From NCBI RefSeq assembly GCF_032062105.1, contig NW_026927899.1, positions 186,001-250,000 of the forward strand: a DNA stretch of 64,000 nt, in the 5' to 3' direction. This DNA comes from Saccostrea cucullata (taxonomy: Eukaryota). Position numbers and translations under genes: made by a program. Shown piece by piece: positions 1 through 12,781 of the stretch (position 1 is the first letter of the stretch; each line of letters begins with the position of its first letter). The notes below the pieces were generated by a model. It was given only the letters and a program-made list of their open reading frames with translations. It made no database searches and had not been told where the DNA came from.

Positions 1-2075
1 GGCAATAGAACACACTGAACTGTTCCCTGCACTTCGGGAAAAATATTTTGGTCTATTGACTACTCAGGCATTAAATAATTGTATAATATAATAAAATTGT
101 CTTTTGTTTATCCTGCAAAACATATTTAAATTTGACCTCCAAAATGACCTATTTTCAACCTAATTTAGACAAATCTCTGCAGATATAGCTATGACGCCAT
201 TATGTAAACTTGCAATACACATGATGTCACTTTGCTTTTACAACTTGTAGATCTAAGTTTTTCAAATCATTCCCCTTAACCCTCGTATTGGGAGGTCTAA
301 ACCACTTACGCATTTACATGTAAACATTTCAATACTGGATTGTCTCTGTTTATTTATTTCTTTCCACAGTGCTCAGTTGAGTGATTTGGCCCATTGGCAT
401 CTTGTTTCCTCTCAATATACAGATTAGTAAATAAATTGACATCATTCATGAATTTATTTTTTAAAATCACTTTTTCTTATTGACATCATTTGTGAATTTA
501 TCATCTAAAATCTTTTTTTTCTTTCACTTTGTTGACATGTTCATTTCAGGATCAGGTAAATTTAATAAATTAACAGTGCATTTTGGTTCCTTTTTTTCAC
601 TTTGTTTACAGTGTAATTGCTGATGATCAAAAACATTCCAGTGCAACTGTCATCAATTTCTGGAGAGTATTCAAAAAGGACATGGATGTTATAGTACTTT
701 TTCTACTCACATGTACAAAATGTTAAATTCTATCCTGAACATCTGTCAAAATTGTCTGTCAGTCTGTCCATCTCTCTGTCAACCTTACACAACTAATAAT
801 TTTACTTCAGAAGTACCTTGCCAGATTCAGCCAACTTCCCATCAAGCATGGGGTATAAATTGCTATCTTTGAAGGGGAGATTATTATGGTAAAAAGAAAA
901 ATAGCTAAATAGAAAACCTCAGCAAAATTCAGTTTTTATCCAACCTTCCTGACACAGTGTAGATTAAATGGAAAAATAAGGGGCAGGGGGCCATTTCTTT
1001 TTGTTTGTTTCTAGTCGAAAAACTTGAGATGCCCATGTCAAACCAAGATTAGAATGAGCAGACATTGTATCAATTTTTAAACCAAAATCATTTTCATGGT
1101 CACATTTATACAAAATTGCATATACAGCTGCAATGTTAGTAACATTGATATATATATATTAGAAGTCTCGTACAGGATTAAAAAAGGCATTGTTTATTTT
1201 TAGATGAAACAGTCTCCAGATCAATGGCTTGCAATAGAACAGAGAATTGTAAGAAAGATTGAAGCTAGGAATAAAGAAACTTGAAAAAAAAATACAGTCT
1301 CTGTTGTGATTATTACAGTTTTATGCTCATGAAATTATTGTAATCAATAGAAATACAGGATTTGAATTTAATACAATTAAAAAGAATAAATGTCTATCTT
1401 AGGTGAGAATCTCAAGTGTAATGAAATACATTTTTTTCACAAAATGAACAAATGGTGTGCATACAAATGTTTGCATTTTATCGTGCAAATTCTAAATAAT
1501 TTAAATTCATATGAAAATCCTGCGAAAATCATTAAAGTTTTTGCATAAAGGTTGACTGCACTTAACGCTGGTTTTGGGGTCTTTTCCAATTTTTGTTGGT
1601 ACATTTATTTTTGTCTTCATTTTTGTCTCAAGTCATTTATTGAAGAGTTTAGTCTATTTCCAAATGAATGCAACGCCGATAAGGTTTTAAACTGCGTTGC
1701 AATGAAATAATTCGTTGTTTCCTTACCCCATCTCTCTGCAAATATATCTCTCTCTCTCCCCCTCTCGTCATATGTTTTTTTATCATTATTTCTTTAAGTT
1801 TTCAAATAAAGTAAATATATAACAAATAACATCGACCGGTAAAAGTAGCCAGTCTTATTGATAATCAACAGCAATGGCTGATGTCAACATTTCGCGTATT
1901 CGAATATAAGTGCCGACTAGCTCAGTCGGTAATGCACAGAATCAACAATAAACAGGTCCGGGATCCAGAACCACTAACAACTGTAAGACTTACTTTATTT
2001 TTTCCCTTTTTTAGAAAAGAAAAAGAAATCACAATTACTCATGATTTTTTTAGATTCTGTTATAATTACTTTTCT

Positions 2076-2269
2076 GTCCTCCGTATGAGACCGTAAAAAC
2101 CGAGGTCCCGTGTCGCAGAAGGTGCTGGCACGAAAAAGATCCCTCCCTGCTTCATGGCCCTGAGTGCCGAGTATAGGACAAAATTTACAGCTCTCCACCG
2201 GCAAGTGGTGGCGTCTCCATATGAGTGAAAAATTCTCGAGAGGGACATTAAACAATATACAATCAATCA
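2076..2269 (+). mobile_element. 5'-truncated SINE (3' half)
   Basis: Matches the 3' half of the SINE at 10037-10338 (gtcccgtgtcgcag...ggcacgaaaaagatccc...ctccatatgagtgaaaaattctcgagaggg) and ends in a (caat)n tail. Confidence 0.85.
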
Positions 2270-3330
2270 CTATAAATTAGTGTGTTGATGATAGTATGAT
2301 TTCAATTTTATTTACTGGATCTTACTTTGAATGTCCATGCTAAACAATGGTTCAAAACATAACAAATAAATCTCTTTTTTCTTGTAGACTACAAACATGT
2401 AGAGACATATAATACATTCAAAAATATATAAGGATAGTAAAATGAAACGCTTATGAGATAAATATAAGAGAATCTTTTATATATCTGAGAGAAAAAAAAA
2501 TAGTCCGTGGCTTGATGGGAACTGATTGAAACAGATATGAACAATCACTATCGGCCAGCAGAATGCGTGTTTCCATACACGTCTCGTGATGTTATTTTAG
2601 TATTCACAGAGTTACCTGGGTATAGAAATCACGTGGTTAATTATAATATTCAACAGGTAACAACGTGGTAAAAATGACCTGTATACTATATATAGAGAAA
2701 GTGAACACACGAAGAAACAGTTTTTTTCTCTTTTTAGCTTTCAGCGCATGTTTGTCTATTAATCTCCTTTTAATATGAGGTAATATGTAAGGGATAAATA
2801 ACGAGATGGTTTTGAATAGTTTAGAGAAAACATTCTCTCCGAGAGCTGAAGGCCCGAGGAGGGGATGTTTTTTGTCTAAACTATTCAACACTATCGAGTT
2901 ATTTATCTTACTTAAAAAAATTCCCTACTTTGGGCCCTAAAGAAACATTAACCCATTCAAATATCCAACTTGCTGTAAACAGTAGGATGTAGCCCATTCA
3001 AATATCCAACCCTTACATTAAACAATAGCCTTATCGAACACCCTTTTTATTCATGGACTAGTGAGCATGAAACTACATGATGCTGATTTTATTTCAATCC
3101 TTTTCATTGTACAGAACAGTCTTGAAATCAGACGAAGAATATTTTTAAATCCACTGTAAATAAAAGAGGTTTAGATAGTGTTTTGAATACTTTTGACCTG
3201 AAAGCCGAAGAAAACTACAGAATTTTGATAAAAGGTTGGGAATTTGTCATAACATATCACAATGTGATTGTTAAAAAAAATGATGAATTCTAATGGAGTT
3301 CCATTCGACAATATTTGTAATAGTGCTTAA

Positions 3331-3743
3331 AGCTGAACACGTTTCATAAATAGCCACTGTCAGACGGGTATATAAACCGTCCGATTTCGTTACACTCGGT
3401 TGCACATTCGAAACTCGTGTCCGACATGTAGTACTCCTTGCGTGGTCTTAGATTTATTGCGTTTTTTCCTTGTTTTTATGTGCATTTTCTGCTTGTATAT
3501 AATGTATTGACCTGTATTTTTCATGATGCTATGGTCCTTTTTTGCAAAAAATACGTTAAATTTGATAATTTCATCTCGACCGAGTTGCATGGCTGTGTAT
3601 AATGTACGTCTACACTCGTCGGATCTCTACAGCAAAATACATTGAACTGATAAGCTATCTTCTCCTTATATATGGGCTGTGGGGAACGCTTTGGACAACG
3701 AGAAATATGGCGGCCTATGCCTATTTATGAAGAGTGTTCAGCT
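3331..3743. mobile_element. Non-autonomous TIR element (Kolobok-like MITE)
   Basis: TIRs agctgaacacgtttcataaatag / ctatttatgaagagtgttcagct, flanked by TTAA on both sides (3327-3330, 3744-3747); RR...YY termini. Confidence 0.8.
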
Positions 3744-4867
3744 TTAACATGCCTAAACAGATAAAAAGATTGGCGGTGTTATGCTGAACTTGCAATAAAA
3801 AATTCCACATCAAGATCTGCAATAAAAATGGTGTCGAAAAAAAGATGGGCTGTTGTTTTGGGAAGAATGCCGGAAAAAGAATGAAATAGACGAATCTTGG
3901 ATAATCTGAAGGAATTTACTGATAACGGACCCTGAAATAATATTCAGCAACAAGAAGTGATATAGTTTAAGATTCAAGGTGATAATGTATTATTGTTTCA
4001 AAAAGTGATGCTTTCAAAATTTAAGACCGACAAAATTTCTAAAAGTGTGCAAAATTTGGAGGAATTGTTATTTCTGTGAGCATTGGAAGTGCATTTGAAA
4101 CACGATAAATGTGAAGTAATTACGGTAATTCCGTGTGCACTGGAAATTAATTCTAATAGTGTGGCAAATTTGGAGTAATTATTCTTTTTCATTTGCATTG
4201 GAAATACATTTTAAAATTGTTTTATCTCTTTTGTTCATTGTTTTATGTTTTCTGCACCTCGGTTGGGTATGTAAATATCCAACCGATATGCAGTTGGATA
4301 TTTTGAATATCCAACCGATGGCCAGTTGGATATTTTAAATATCCAATTAGTGCTGGTTGAATCGGTAAAATATACGTAGACTAATAACAATGGGTGACGT
4401 CACAGAAGTTTTTTAAATATAAATGTACAACTACCATAAAAAGGAGATCAATGGACAAACATGCTCTGACTATGTATTAAGCCTGTAAAAAGATGGGCGT
4501 ACTCATTATCCTATGGAGATTACAAAACATGCGATGACCCCTCCCTATGAAAAACGACTTCAAACTTCGTTAATACCAACTTTTAATTAACGTAGTTACA
4601 CAAAGTTGCAGTTGAGACATTGACCATTTCTACCATTAAAAGAAAAAAAAGCCAATTTTAAAAATTAACTATGTCACAATTTCTAAGTGTCCTTAAGTGC
4701 AGTCATCCTTTCATGCAACTTATTTTTCGTCTCTTTTTCATGCGAAGAATTCAATTGAAATTTATATGAATTTCATATTAAATTTATTCGAGCCACTTTT
4801 GTCTGTGTAGTTTCAAATTATTCATAATTGAATAGAAGAAGGCACAAAACTGTTTAAAAATGGGACT

Positions 4868-5780
4868 TTATGCCTCCTATAAGAAATATCAGCCTGATAG
4901 TGCAGTGAAAAACAACCAAACACAGATAGGCAGTTCTGTCGATTATGTCATTTTATTCAATGACATAAAGTAAAATGTAAAACAAATCATTAAGGGGGAT
5001 CACCTAATATTAAACAATACAGGTTACATGTACATAGGTGAAAGGTACAAGTGTGATCCCCCTGAGACTGACTAGAAATTGACATGCAGTGAACATATCA
5101 GAGTACATGTAAATATGCATAAAATATAACATAAATGAGTAAATCATTGGAGGCGTCCAAAGAATTGTGCCAATCCAAGAAACGAATGACAAGTTATAAA
5201 ATAATATAAAACCAAAACCCCCAAAAAAGGGTGGATGGTTGTTTTTTTTTCAAGGCACTACCAGGCTAACAAAAATGGCGCAACAAAATCAAAGATTTTG
5301 ATTGGTTTACTTTGTCGAGAAAGGAAACGCTTGCGCTTTCGCAATGAAAGGTTATATGAGAACTGCGCTGTGATAAAGGCACATATCCTGCAGACTGCGC
5401 AGGGATATGCAGAATTATCCTAAGGTGTAAAATATAATATATCTCTCATAGAGGCATAAATTGAATTATCTGCGATAATATTGTATTATGCCTCCTATAA
5501 GAAATATCAGCCTGATAGTGCAGTGAAAAACAACCAAACACAGATATGCAGTTTTGTCGATTATGTCATTTTATTCAATGACATTCAAGTAAAATGTAAA
5601 ACAAATCATTAAGGGGGATCACCTAATATTAAACAATACAGGTTACATGTACATAGGTGAAAGGTATAAGTGTGATCCCCCTGAGACTGACTAGAAATTG
5701 ACATGCAGTGAACATATCAGAGTACATGTAAATATGCATAAAATATAACATAAATGAGTAAATCATTGGAGGCGTCCAAA
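4868..5780 (+). repeat. Near-identical ~294-bp direct duplication (4868-5161 and 5486-5780)
   Basis: Both copies run ttatgcctcctataagaaatatcagcc...ggaggcgtccaaa with only a few substitutions. Confidence 0.9.
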
Positions 5781-6051
5781 CAATTACGCCACAAGCCCTC
5801 ACGTAGTGTCACGCAGTGAGGGGTTGACGCCAAACAAGGAGAAAAATTAAAGAAAACATTTTTATAAAAACAGTAAAATACAGAAATTTACAGCATTTTA
5901 TATAACAACATTGAAGTTGAAGTTTATATATCACATACTTTTAAGACTAGTTGTTTTTGACAAATAACAAATTCTGATGCATCAAAGACATAAGCATTCA
6001 CCTGTTAGCTGTTTATTTGTGGATCAAGGGAAGCCAATTATGAAGGTCTTA

Positions 6052-6660
6052 ATCTAACCTCAAGACAATTCAAGCAGAATTTTTTAACATACAATTTACA
6101 TGAGCAGCTATCCGCTGAACTCATGTATCTTAACCTAAGACTATGCATGCAGATTTTTATACACAGTTAACATGAGCACCAATTCGCTGAACTCGTGTAT
6201 CTTAACTCAAGACTATGCAAGCCAGATTTCATCATACAATTTTCATGAGCAGCTATCCGCTGAACTCATGTATCTAAACTCATGACTATGCAAGCAGATT
6301 TTTACATACAATTTACGTGAGCAGCTATCCACTGAATTCTGTATCTGAACTCAAGACTATTCAAGCAGATTTTAACATACAATTTACATGAGCAGCTATC
6401 CGCTGAACTATGTATCTTAACTCAAGACTATGCAATCAGATTTTGACATACAATTAACATGAGCAGCTATCTGCTGAACTATGTAATACTATGTAATTAT
6501 CTTAACTCAAGACTATGCAAGCCGATTTTAACATACAATTTCCATGAGCAGCTATCCGCTATAATATGTATCTTAAATCGAGTCTATGCTGGCAGATTTA
6601 AACATACATTTTAAATGAGTAGCCATCATCTTACATGTAGCTCAAAGACTATGCATGCCG
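6052..6660 (+). repeat. Tandem minisatellite, ~59-bp unit, ~10 copies
   Basis: Recurring unit approximately ctcaagactatgcaagcagattttaacatacaatttacatgagcagctatccgctgaactcatgtatcttaa. Confidence 0.9.
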
Positions 6661-7679
6661 GTTTCAATGCTGAACTCATTGACATTAGTAAGCAGATTAT
6701 GGAGACATTACAAGTACATCGACACTAAGCTCAGTAACTAAAATACATTTTACATAGGCATTTAAGTGCTGACCTCATAAAAAATGAGCTGAATTATACA
6801 GAGTTGATGACAATAGCGGATGTACATTTTGAAATATATGATAAACCATTCGCTGGCCTCATGACCAGATTTACAACATTAATGATACAAAAATTAATGT
6901 TGCATAAGAAGCTAATGCATTGCCTCATCTTACTTTACACAGTAGACTAATGACAGATGCTGACTACTCTATATGATGTTCCTTGTAGGTACCTGTTGGA
7001 GGAAATGATATTTGCCATTCAACACAGATATCCACATGGAATCCATAGGAGGGACTTGAGCATATTGAGGTGTAGCTTGTCCTTCCTGGTGGTGTGGATT
7101 TCACACTTTGGTAGCATCATTTTTCCAATAGTTTACTATGAAGACAGCTGACATCATGTCCAGAGCACCTAAATTCTTGAATGATCTTGTTGATCACTTG
7201 ATCATATATCAGCATTAGAGGTTTGATTTGAGAGCACTGTTTCAACAATTTTGCAATTATCATTCCAATAATGTTCAATTTCCGTCATCTGAAATTTGTA
7301 GACCCCATTGCCTCTCCATTCTGTGCCTTAGATGGTACTGCATGAAGTTAGGTGTTGATCGCTTTATAGTTCAGTTTGGCCCTTGGCATCAATGTACTGC
7401 AACAAGTAACAGAATACCATGGTAAATAGTGTATGAGTTAATGCACTACTAAAGCTTAGGAATATGTAGATACTGGAACCCAAATAAAATGAGAAACAAT
7501 TTTACATTAAGACTCTCAGAACAGTCTTGATGACATGCTACATGTACCGCATGAAACAAATTATTAAATATCTATTTAAGGTTCTCATAATACTGAAAAT
7601 TCTTTCCTCTCAAATTGAAATATGAAACAGAATGTTTTCTACTGAATAGATATGATGATTTTTTTATCAAGTAAACCAT

Positions 7680-10460
7680 TGTTCAGAATGTTTCCACAAT
7701 AGTATAGACAGAATGAAAACATTATACTGAATGTTTCCACAAACACTATGAAACATTATACTGAACTTTTCCCACAAAAACTTGAAACATTATACTGAAT
7801 GTTTCCAAAAAAACTTTTGAAATATTATACTGAATGTTTCCATAAAATCTTTGAAACATTATACTAAATGTTTCCATAACAAACTTAAAACATTAAGCCA
7901 AATGTTTTGACATAAACTTTGAAACATTATACTGAATGTTTTCACAATCAATAATACATGACTATGAAACTTTATACTGAATGTTTCCACAATCACTAGT
8001 ACATGACAATGAAACATCATACTGAATGTTTCCACAACATTTGAAACATTATACTGAATGTTTCCATAACAAATTTGATACACTATGCTAAATGTTTCAA
8101 AACACACTTTGAACATTTTACCGAATAATTTGACATAGACTTTAAAAACATCATACTGAATGCTTCAACCAAACTTTGAAACATTACATGTATACTGAAT
8201 GCTTGCACAAAAAACTTGAAACATTATACTGAATGCTTCCACCCAACTTTGAAACATTAAACTGAATGTTTCCATAACATATTTGAAACATTATACTGAA
8301 TGTTTCCATAAAACTTTGAAACATTATACTGAATGTTTCCATAAAACTTTGAACATTATACTGAATGTTTCCACAAAACTTTGAAACATTATACTTAATG
8401 TTTCTACCAAAACTTCGAAACATTGTACTGAATGTTTCCACTAAGATAAGAAACATTATACCAAATGCTTCCACCAAAACCTTGAAGCATTACACTAAAT
8501 ATTTCCACAAAAAACTTTGAAACATTATACCGAATGCTTCCACAAAACTTTGAAACATTATACTGAATGTTTCCACTAAGACTAGAAACATTATACTGAA
8601 TGTTTTCACAAAAACTTTGAAACATTATACTGCATCTTTCACAAAACTCTGAAAACATTATACTGCGCCATCGTCCACAAAAACCTTTGAAACATTTCGC
8701 TGAATGTTTCCACAAATACTAATGCATGACAATGAAACATCATACTGAATGTTTCCACAACATTTGAAACATTATACTGAATGTTACCATAACAAATTTG
8801 ATACACTATGCTGAATGTTTCCAAACACACTTTTAACATTTTACCGAATATTTTGACATAGACTTAAAAACATAATACTGAATGCTTCCACCCAACTTTG
8901 AAACATTATACTGAATGTTTCCATAACAAATTTGAAACATTATACTGAATGTTTCCACAAAACTTTGAAACATTATACTGAATGTTTCCACAAAACTTTG
9001 AAACATTACACTGAATGTTTCCACAAAACTTTGAAACATTATACTTAATGTTTCCACCAAAACTTCGAAACATTGTACTGAATGTTTCCACTAAGATTAG
9101 AAACATTATTCCGAATGCTTCCACCAAAACCTTGAAACATTACACTAAATGTTTCCACAAAAAACTTTGAAACATTATACTGAATGTTTCCACAAAAACT
9201 TTGAAACATTATACTGCATCTTTCACAAAACTCTGAAAACATTATACTGCGCAATCGTCCACAAAAACTTTGAAACATTTCACTGAATGTTTCCACAAAT
9301 ACTTTGAAACACCATACTTGTTTCCATCAAAACTTGAAACATTATACTAAATGTTTCCAAAACAAAATTCAAACATTATACTTATTGTTCAACATAAAAT
9401 ATTGAAATATTATACTGAATGTTTCCACAAACACTAATACATGACTATGAAACATGATACTGAATATTTCCATTAAAAAACTTTGAAACATTATATTGAA
9501 TGTTTCTAAAACAAACTTGAAACTTTATACTGAATACGTAGACATACACTTTAAAACAATATACTGATTGTTTTTACAAAAACTTTAACACATTATACTG
9601 AATGTTTCCACAAAAACTTGAAACATTTTATTATACTGAATGTTTCCTTAACAAACTTGACACATTAAACTTAAAGTCTCGACATTAACTTTGAAACGTT
9701 ATACTGAATGTTTTGTCATAAACTTTGAAACATTATACTGAATGCTTCCACAAAAACTTGAAATAACATAATAAATGTATCGACACAAACTTTCAAACAT
9801 TATTCTGAATGTTTGAGACAAATACTTTGAAATATAAATTATAATGAATGTTTCACAAAGACAATGAAGCACACTGAATGTTTCTTTAGAAACTTTGAAA
9901 CCTTATATTGAATGTTTGCACAAAAACAATGAAACATTGAACGGAATGTTTCCCAAAATTTTGAATTAAAATTAAACTTAATCTTCCCAGGAAAACTTTT
10001 AATCATTATACTGAATGTTTCCCTCAAAACTTTTAAGTCGCCCGCGTGGCGCAGTGGTTAGAGCGTCTGCTCTAGAGTCGCGAAGTAAGGAGTCAATCCT
10101 CACGTTGCAAGTTCGAATCCTACTGCTGGATGTGGGAACTGGTCCTTCAGATGAGGCCGTATAAACCGAGGTCCCGTGTCGCAGTAAGTGCTGGCACGAA
10201 AAAGATCCCTCACTGCTCAAAGGCCCTAAGTGCCGAGCATAGGACAAAATTATGTAGCCCTCCACCGGCAAGTGGTGGCGTCTCCATATGAGTGAAAAAT
10301 TCTCGAGAGGGACGTTAAACAATATACGATCAATCAATCAAAACTTTAAACATTCACAAAAAACAAACCAAACTAATCGATGTTATGCTGAATGTTCTCA
10401 CAAATATTGGAACAATATATTGAATGTTTTCACAAGTATCTTAATGTTTATGAACATTTT
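7680..10460 (+). repeat. Tandem minisatellite, ~31-33-bp self-complementary unit, with higher-order duplication; interrupted by a SINE
   Basis: Unit gaaacattatactgaatgtttccacaaaacttt repeated dozens of times; blocks starting near 8002 and 8725 are duplicated. Confidence 0.95.
10037..10338 (+). mobile_element. Full-length tRNA-derived SINE
   Basis: Pol III A-box tggcgcagtgg, B-box gttcgaatcc, conserved body, (caat)n tail; TSD caaaacttt on both sides. Confidence 0.9.
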
Positions 10461-10483
10461 CTGAATTTTTCTACTGTATACTT

Positions 10484-10651
10484 NNNNNNNNNNNNNNNNN
10501 NNNNNNNNNNNNNNNNNNNNNNNNNNNNNNNNNNNNNNNNNNNNNNNNNNNNNNNNNNNNNNNNNNNNNNNNNNNNNNNNNNNNNNNNNNNNNNNNNNNN
10601 NNNNNNNNNNNNNNNNNNNNNNNNNNNNNNNNNNNNNNNNNNNNNNNNNNN
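10484..10651. other. Assembly gap (N run)
   Basis: Run of Ns. Confidence 1.
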
Positions 10652-11442
10652 TGAAAATAGTACTGTTAGATTATTTCAAATGAAATAAAGAAATCATTAC
10701 TAAACTTTCTACTGCTCATTGTACGAGTGAAACAATATATTGAAAATGCAATTGACATTGATTGCAAGGTTCTAATGAAATGTTTCACTGATTCAGATTG
10801 ATTGCATATTTTTTTTTTTACTGAACCATTTTTAAAATGAGATATTAAATGTCTCAAAATCCATTAATAAGGATTTTGCTGAACATTAAAATATACTGAA
10901 CAATGCTGAGACTTCCTTACGGGGATAATGCCCCTGAAGAATTATATGTAAGGCAGCTAGTAAACATTTAATATGTCTTCAGATATAAGGCAATTATCAA
11001 ATGTTCCCTTTTTCTTATGCTGCAAAAAATGGTTATCAACTTCATTGATATCTTCGCATCATTAGAGAAATTGTGTTAAACATTCTGTAAATTGTTAACT
11101 CGATATACAAGATATTGTGAGAAACAGTACACAACTCTTCATATAGCCCTGAGCTGAGCATAATATAATAAAGACTATATAAAAACAAGCATTCTGAGAG
11201 TATTGCATTTTTTAAGCAATACATGTCCAAGGTTAAACTAAAGATTTTCGGTTGTAAATGTTAAATCCTTTTTTCTTCAGGATGTCATTTTTTAATGTGC
11301 ACCCGATCTTAATTAAGCGATTATGAAAAATATTCAAAATGCCATAATGAAAAATATTCAAAAATGATCTGCATTAAGATACACTCAAAAATTACAAGCA
11401 AAATTCAGCTCAGAGGAAATATCTGTTTCAAGCTAATAATAG

Positions 11443-11706
11443 TAAATAAACATTTATTGGTACAATAAATTGTTTTATATACAAAATTTTATAATCTTTA
11501 TAACTTATGTAATTCTCCATTTATTTGTTTCCCTTTCGAACATAAAATGGTGCCTTATTTCTTTGATAAGATGATAAAATGCATTTACAATAAATTGGCA
11601 TTTAGATTTTATAGTTTGGACCAATCAAATAAAGTTATACGTATCACGTGATTAATTCACTCTAGCCATTTTTTATCGTCGAAGAAGCCGCACAAATTTT
11701 CAGCAA
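11443..11706 (+). repeat. Ngaro split direct repeat A1
   Basis: Matches 18056-18276 apart from 2 substitutions and a cluster of indels at 11539-11602. Confidence 0.92.
11619..11675 (+). promoter_or_regulatory. Putative Pol II promoter in repeat A
   Basis: CCAAT box (11621-11625), E-box CACGTG (11645-11650) and a YY1-like GCCATTTT motif (~11665), ~230 bp upstream of the first ORF; also present in A2. Confidence 0.4.
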
Positions 11707-11898
11707 GTGATTTTGTATTTTACAGTGTTTTTGCATCGTTTTCGGCATAAACTTTTGCAGAACGTAATTATATGTTACATGATGGAATAGACTGTGATAT
11801 TTAAGGTGCGTATTTTAGCGATTTCGCATATATTTTGATGTAAACAGTGGACTGTGTCTTGTGTTGTTTACATCTATAAATAGACACCTTATGTAAAC

Positions 11899-12507
11899 AT
11901 GGCTGCGGGACGGGTAAAAGTAGTGATTCTGGGACACTCGTTTATACGACGTTTGCGTGATTTTGTGTTGTCAACACCTGAGTATAGCAATTTGAGACTT
12001 TATTCTACACAATTCTCTGTTGAATTTCGAGCGAGAGGAGGTTTATCCATCCGACAATTAGCCAACAGCCCACAATTGACGGACTTCGTGGACCAAGATG
12101 TTTGTTTTTTACAAATCGGAAGCAATGACTTATGTGATCCAGCGATTCCAGTGAAAGACATTGCCAATGGAATAACATCATTTGCTTCTTTTTTGATCGC
12201 TGCGGAAAAGGTGAAAGTTGTGATTATTGGCCAAGTCCTCTTTAGGTCACCACATGCTACAGATCCAGATTACAACAACAGAGTTAGAGAACTGAATGTG
12301 TTATTGAAATCGAATTGTGTAAACTCGGACGCAAACTTGAGATTTTGGCATCACTATGGATTCTGGAAGGATCCGAATTTGCCCCACTTATCACCAGATG
12401 GTGTCCATCTACAGAATCCGAGGGTAAATGCCCGTCCCATGCAGAAATATGCCCAAAGCATCAAAAGTGCAATTCTACATTGTGCTCGCACCTTCATGCT
12501 CAGATAA
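11899..12507 (+). CDS. SGNH/GDSL-like hydrolase (202 aa) carried by the retrotransposon
   Basis: Block I VILGHSF, block II RGG, block III QIGSNDL, block V DGVH; uninterrupted ORF inside the element repeats. Confidence 0.88.
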   Translation: MAAGRVKVVILGHSFIRRLRDFVLSTPEYSNLRLYSTQFSVEFRARGGLSIRQLANSPQLTDFVDQDVCFLQIGSNDLCDPAIPVKDIANGITSFASFLIAAEKVKVVIIGQVLFRSPHATDPDYNNRVRELNVLLKSNCVNSDANLRFWHHYGFWKDPNLPHLSPDGVHLQNPRVNARPMQKYAQSIKSAILHCARTFMLR

Positions 12508-12781
12508 GTTATGTAAAAATTTACACTGTTGCCCATACACAAAATAATTTTTATGACTATTAGGGTGTTTTGTTTGGGCTTAAGCTAAAAACATAATTGA
12601 TTATATACCCTAAAATTTTATCATGTCGATAAAGACTGAAGTACATATATGCTATTCAGATCATTAATTCGAATCACTTAAATTGTTATATCAATTTTCT
12701 TTCATTTACATTATGAATTTTATTCACAGTAATCTTTAAATTCATAAGCAATGGCACTGTTAATCTATAGAATTTATGCAA

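Larger units (their letters stand above)
1541..4718. mobile_element. Degenerate TIR element (~3.2 kb) with nested insertions
   Basis: Inverted ends ttgcataaaggttgactgcacttaa (1541-1565) and ttaagtgcagtcatcctttcatgcaa (4693-4718). The same gactgcacttaag end motif bounds the element at 46328-47472. Confidence 0.4.

Noticed and set aside
6957-7425. Short ORFs between the two minisatellites
   Set aside because: No motif or coherent exon structure; probably decayed transposon interior.
7859-10027. Multiple minus-strand ORFs (VETFSIMFQ.../GNIQYNVS...)
   Set aside because: Translations of the tandem repeat.
10037-10130. tRNA gene (also at 49130 and 49920-49997)
   Set aside because: A/B boxes are the heads of SINEs with body, tail and TSD; no clean cloverleaf.
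7680-10460. CRISPR-like look of palindromic ~32-bp repeats
   Set aside because: Units are contiguous with no unique spacers, there are no cas genes and the context is eukaryotic; it is a minisatellite.
10392-10688. ORFs spanning N runs (also 56317-56553)
   Set aside because: Artefacts of assembly gaps.
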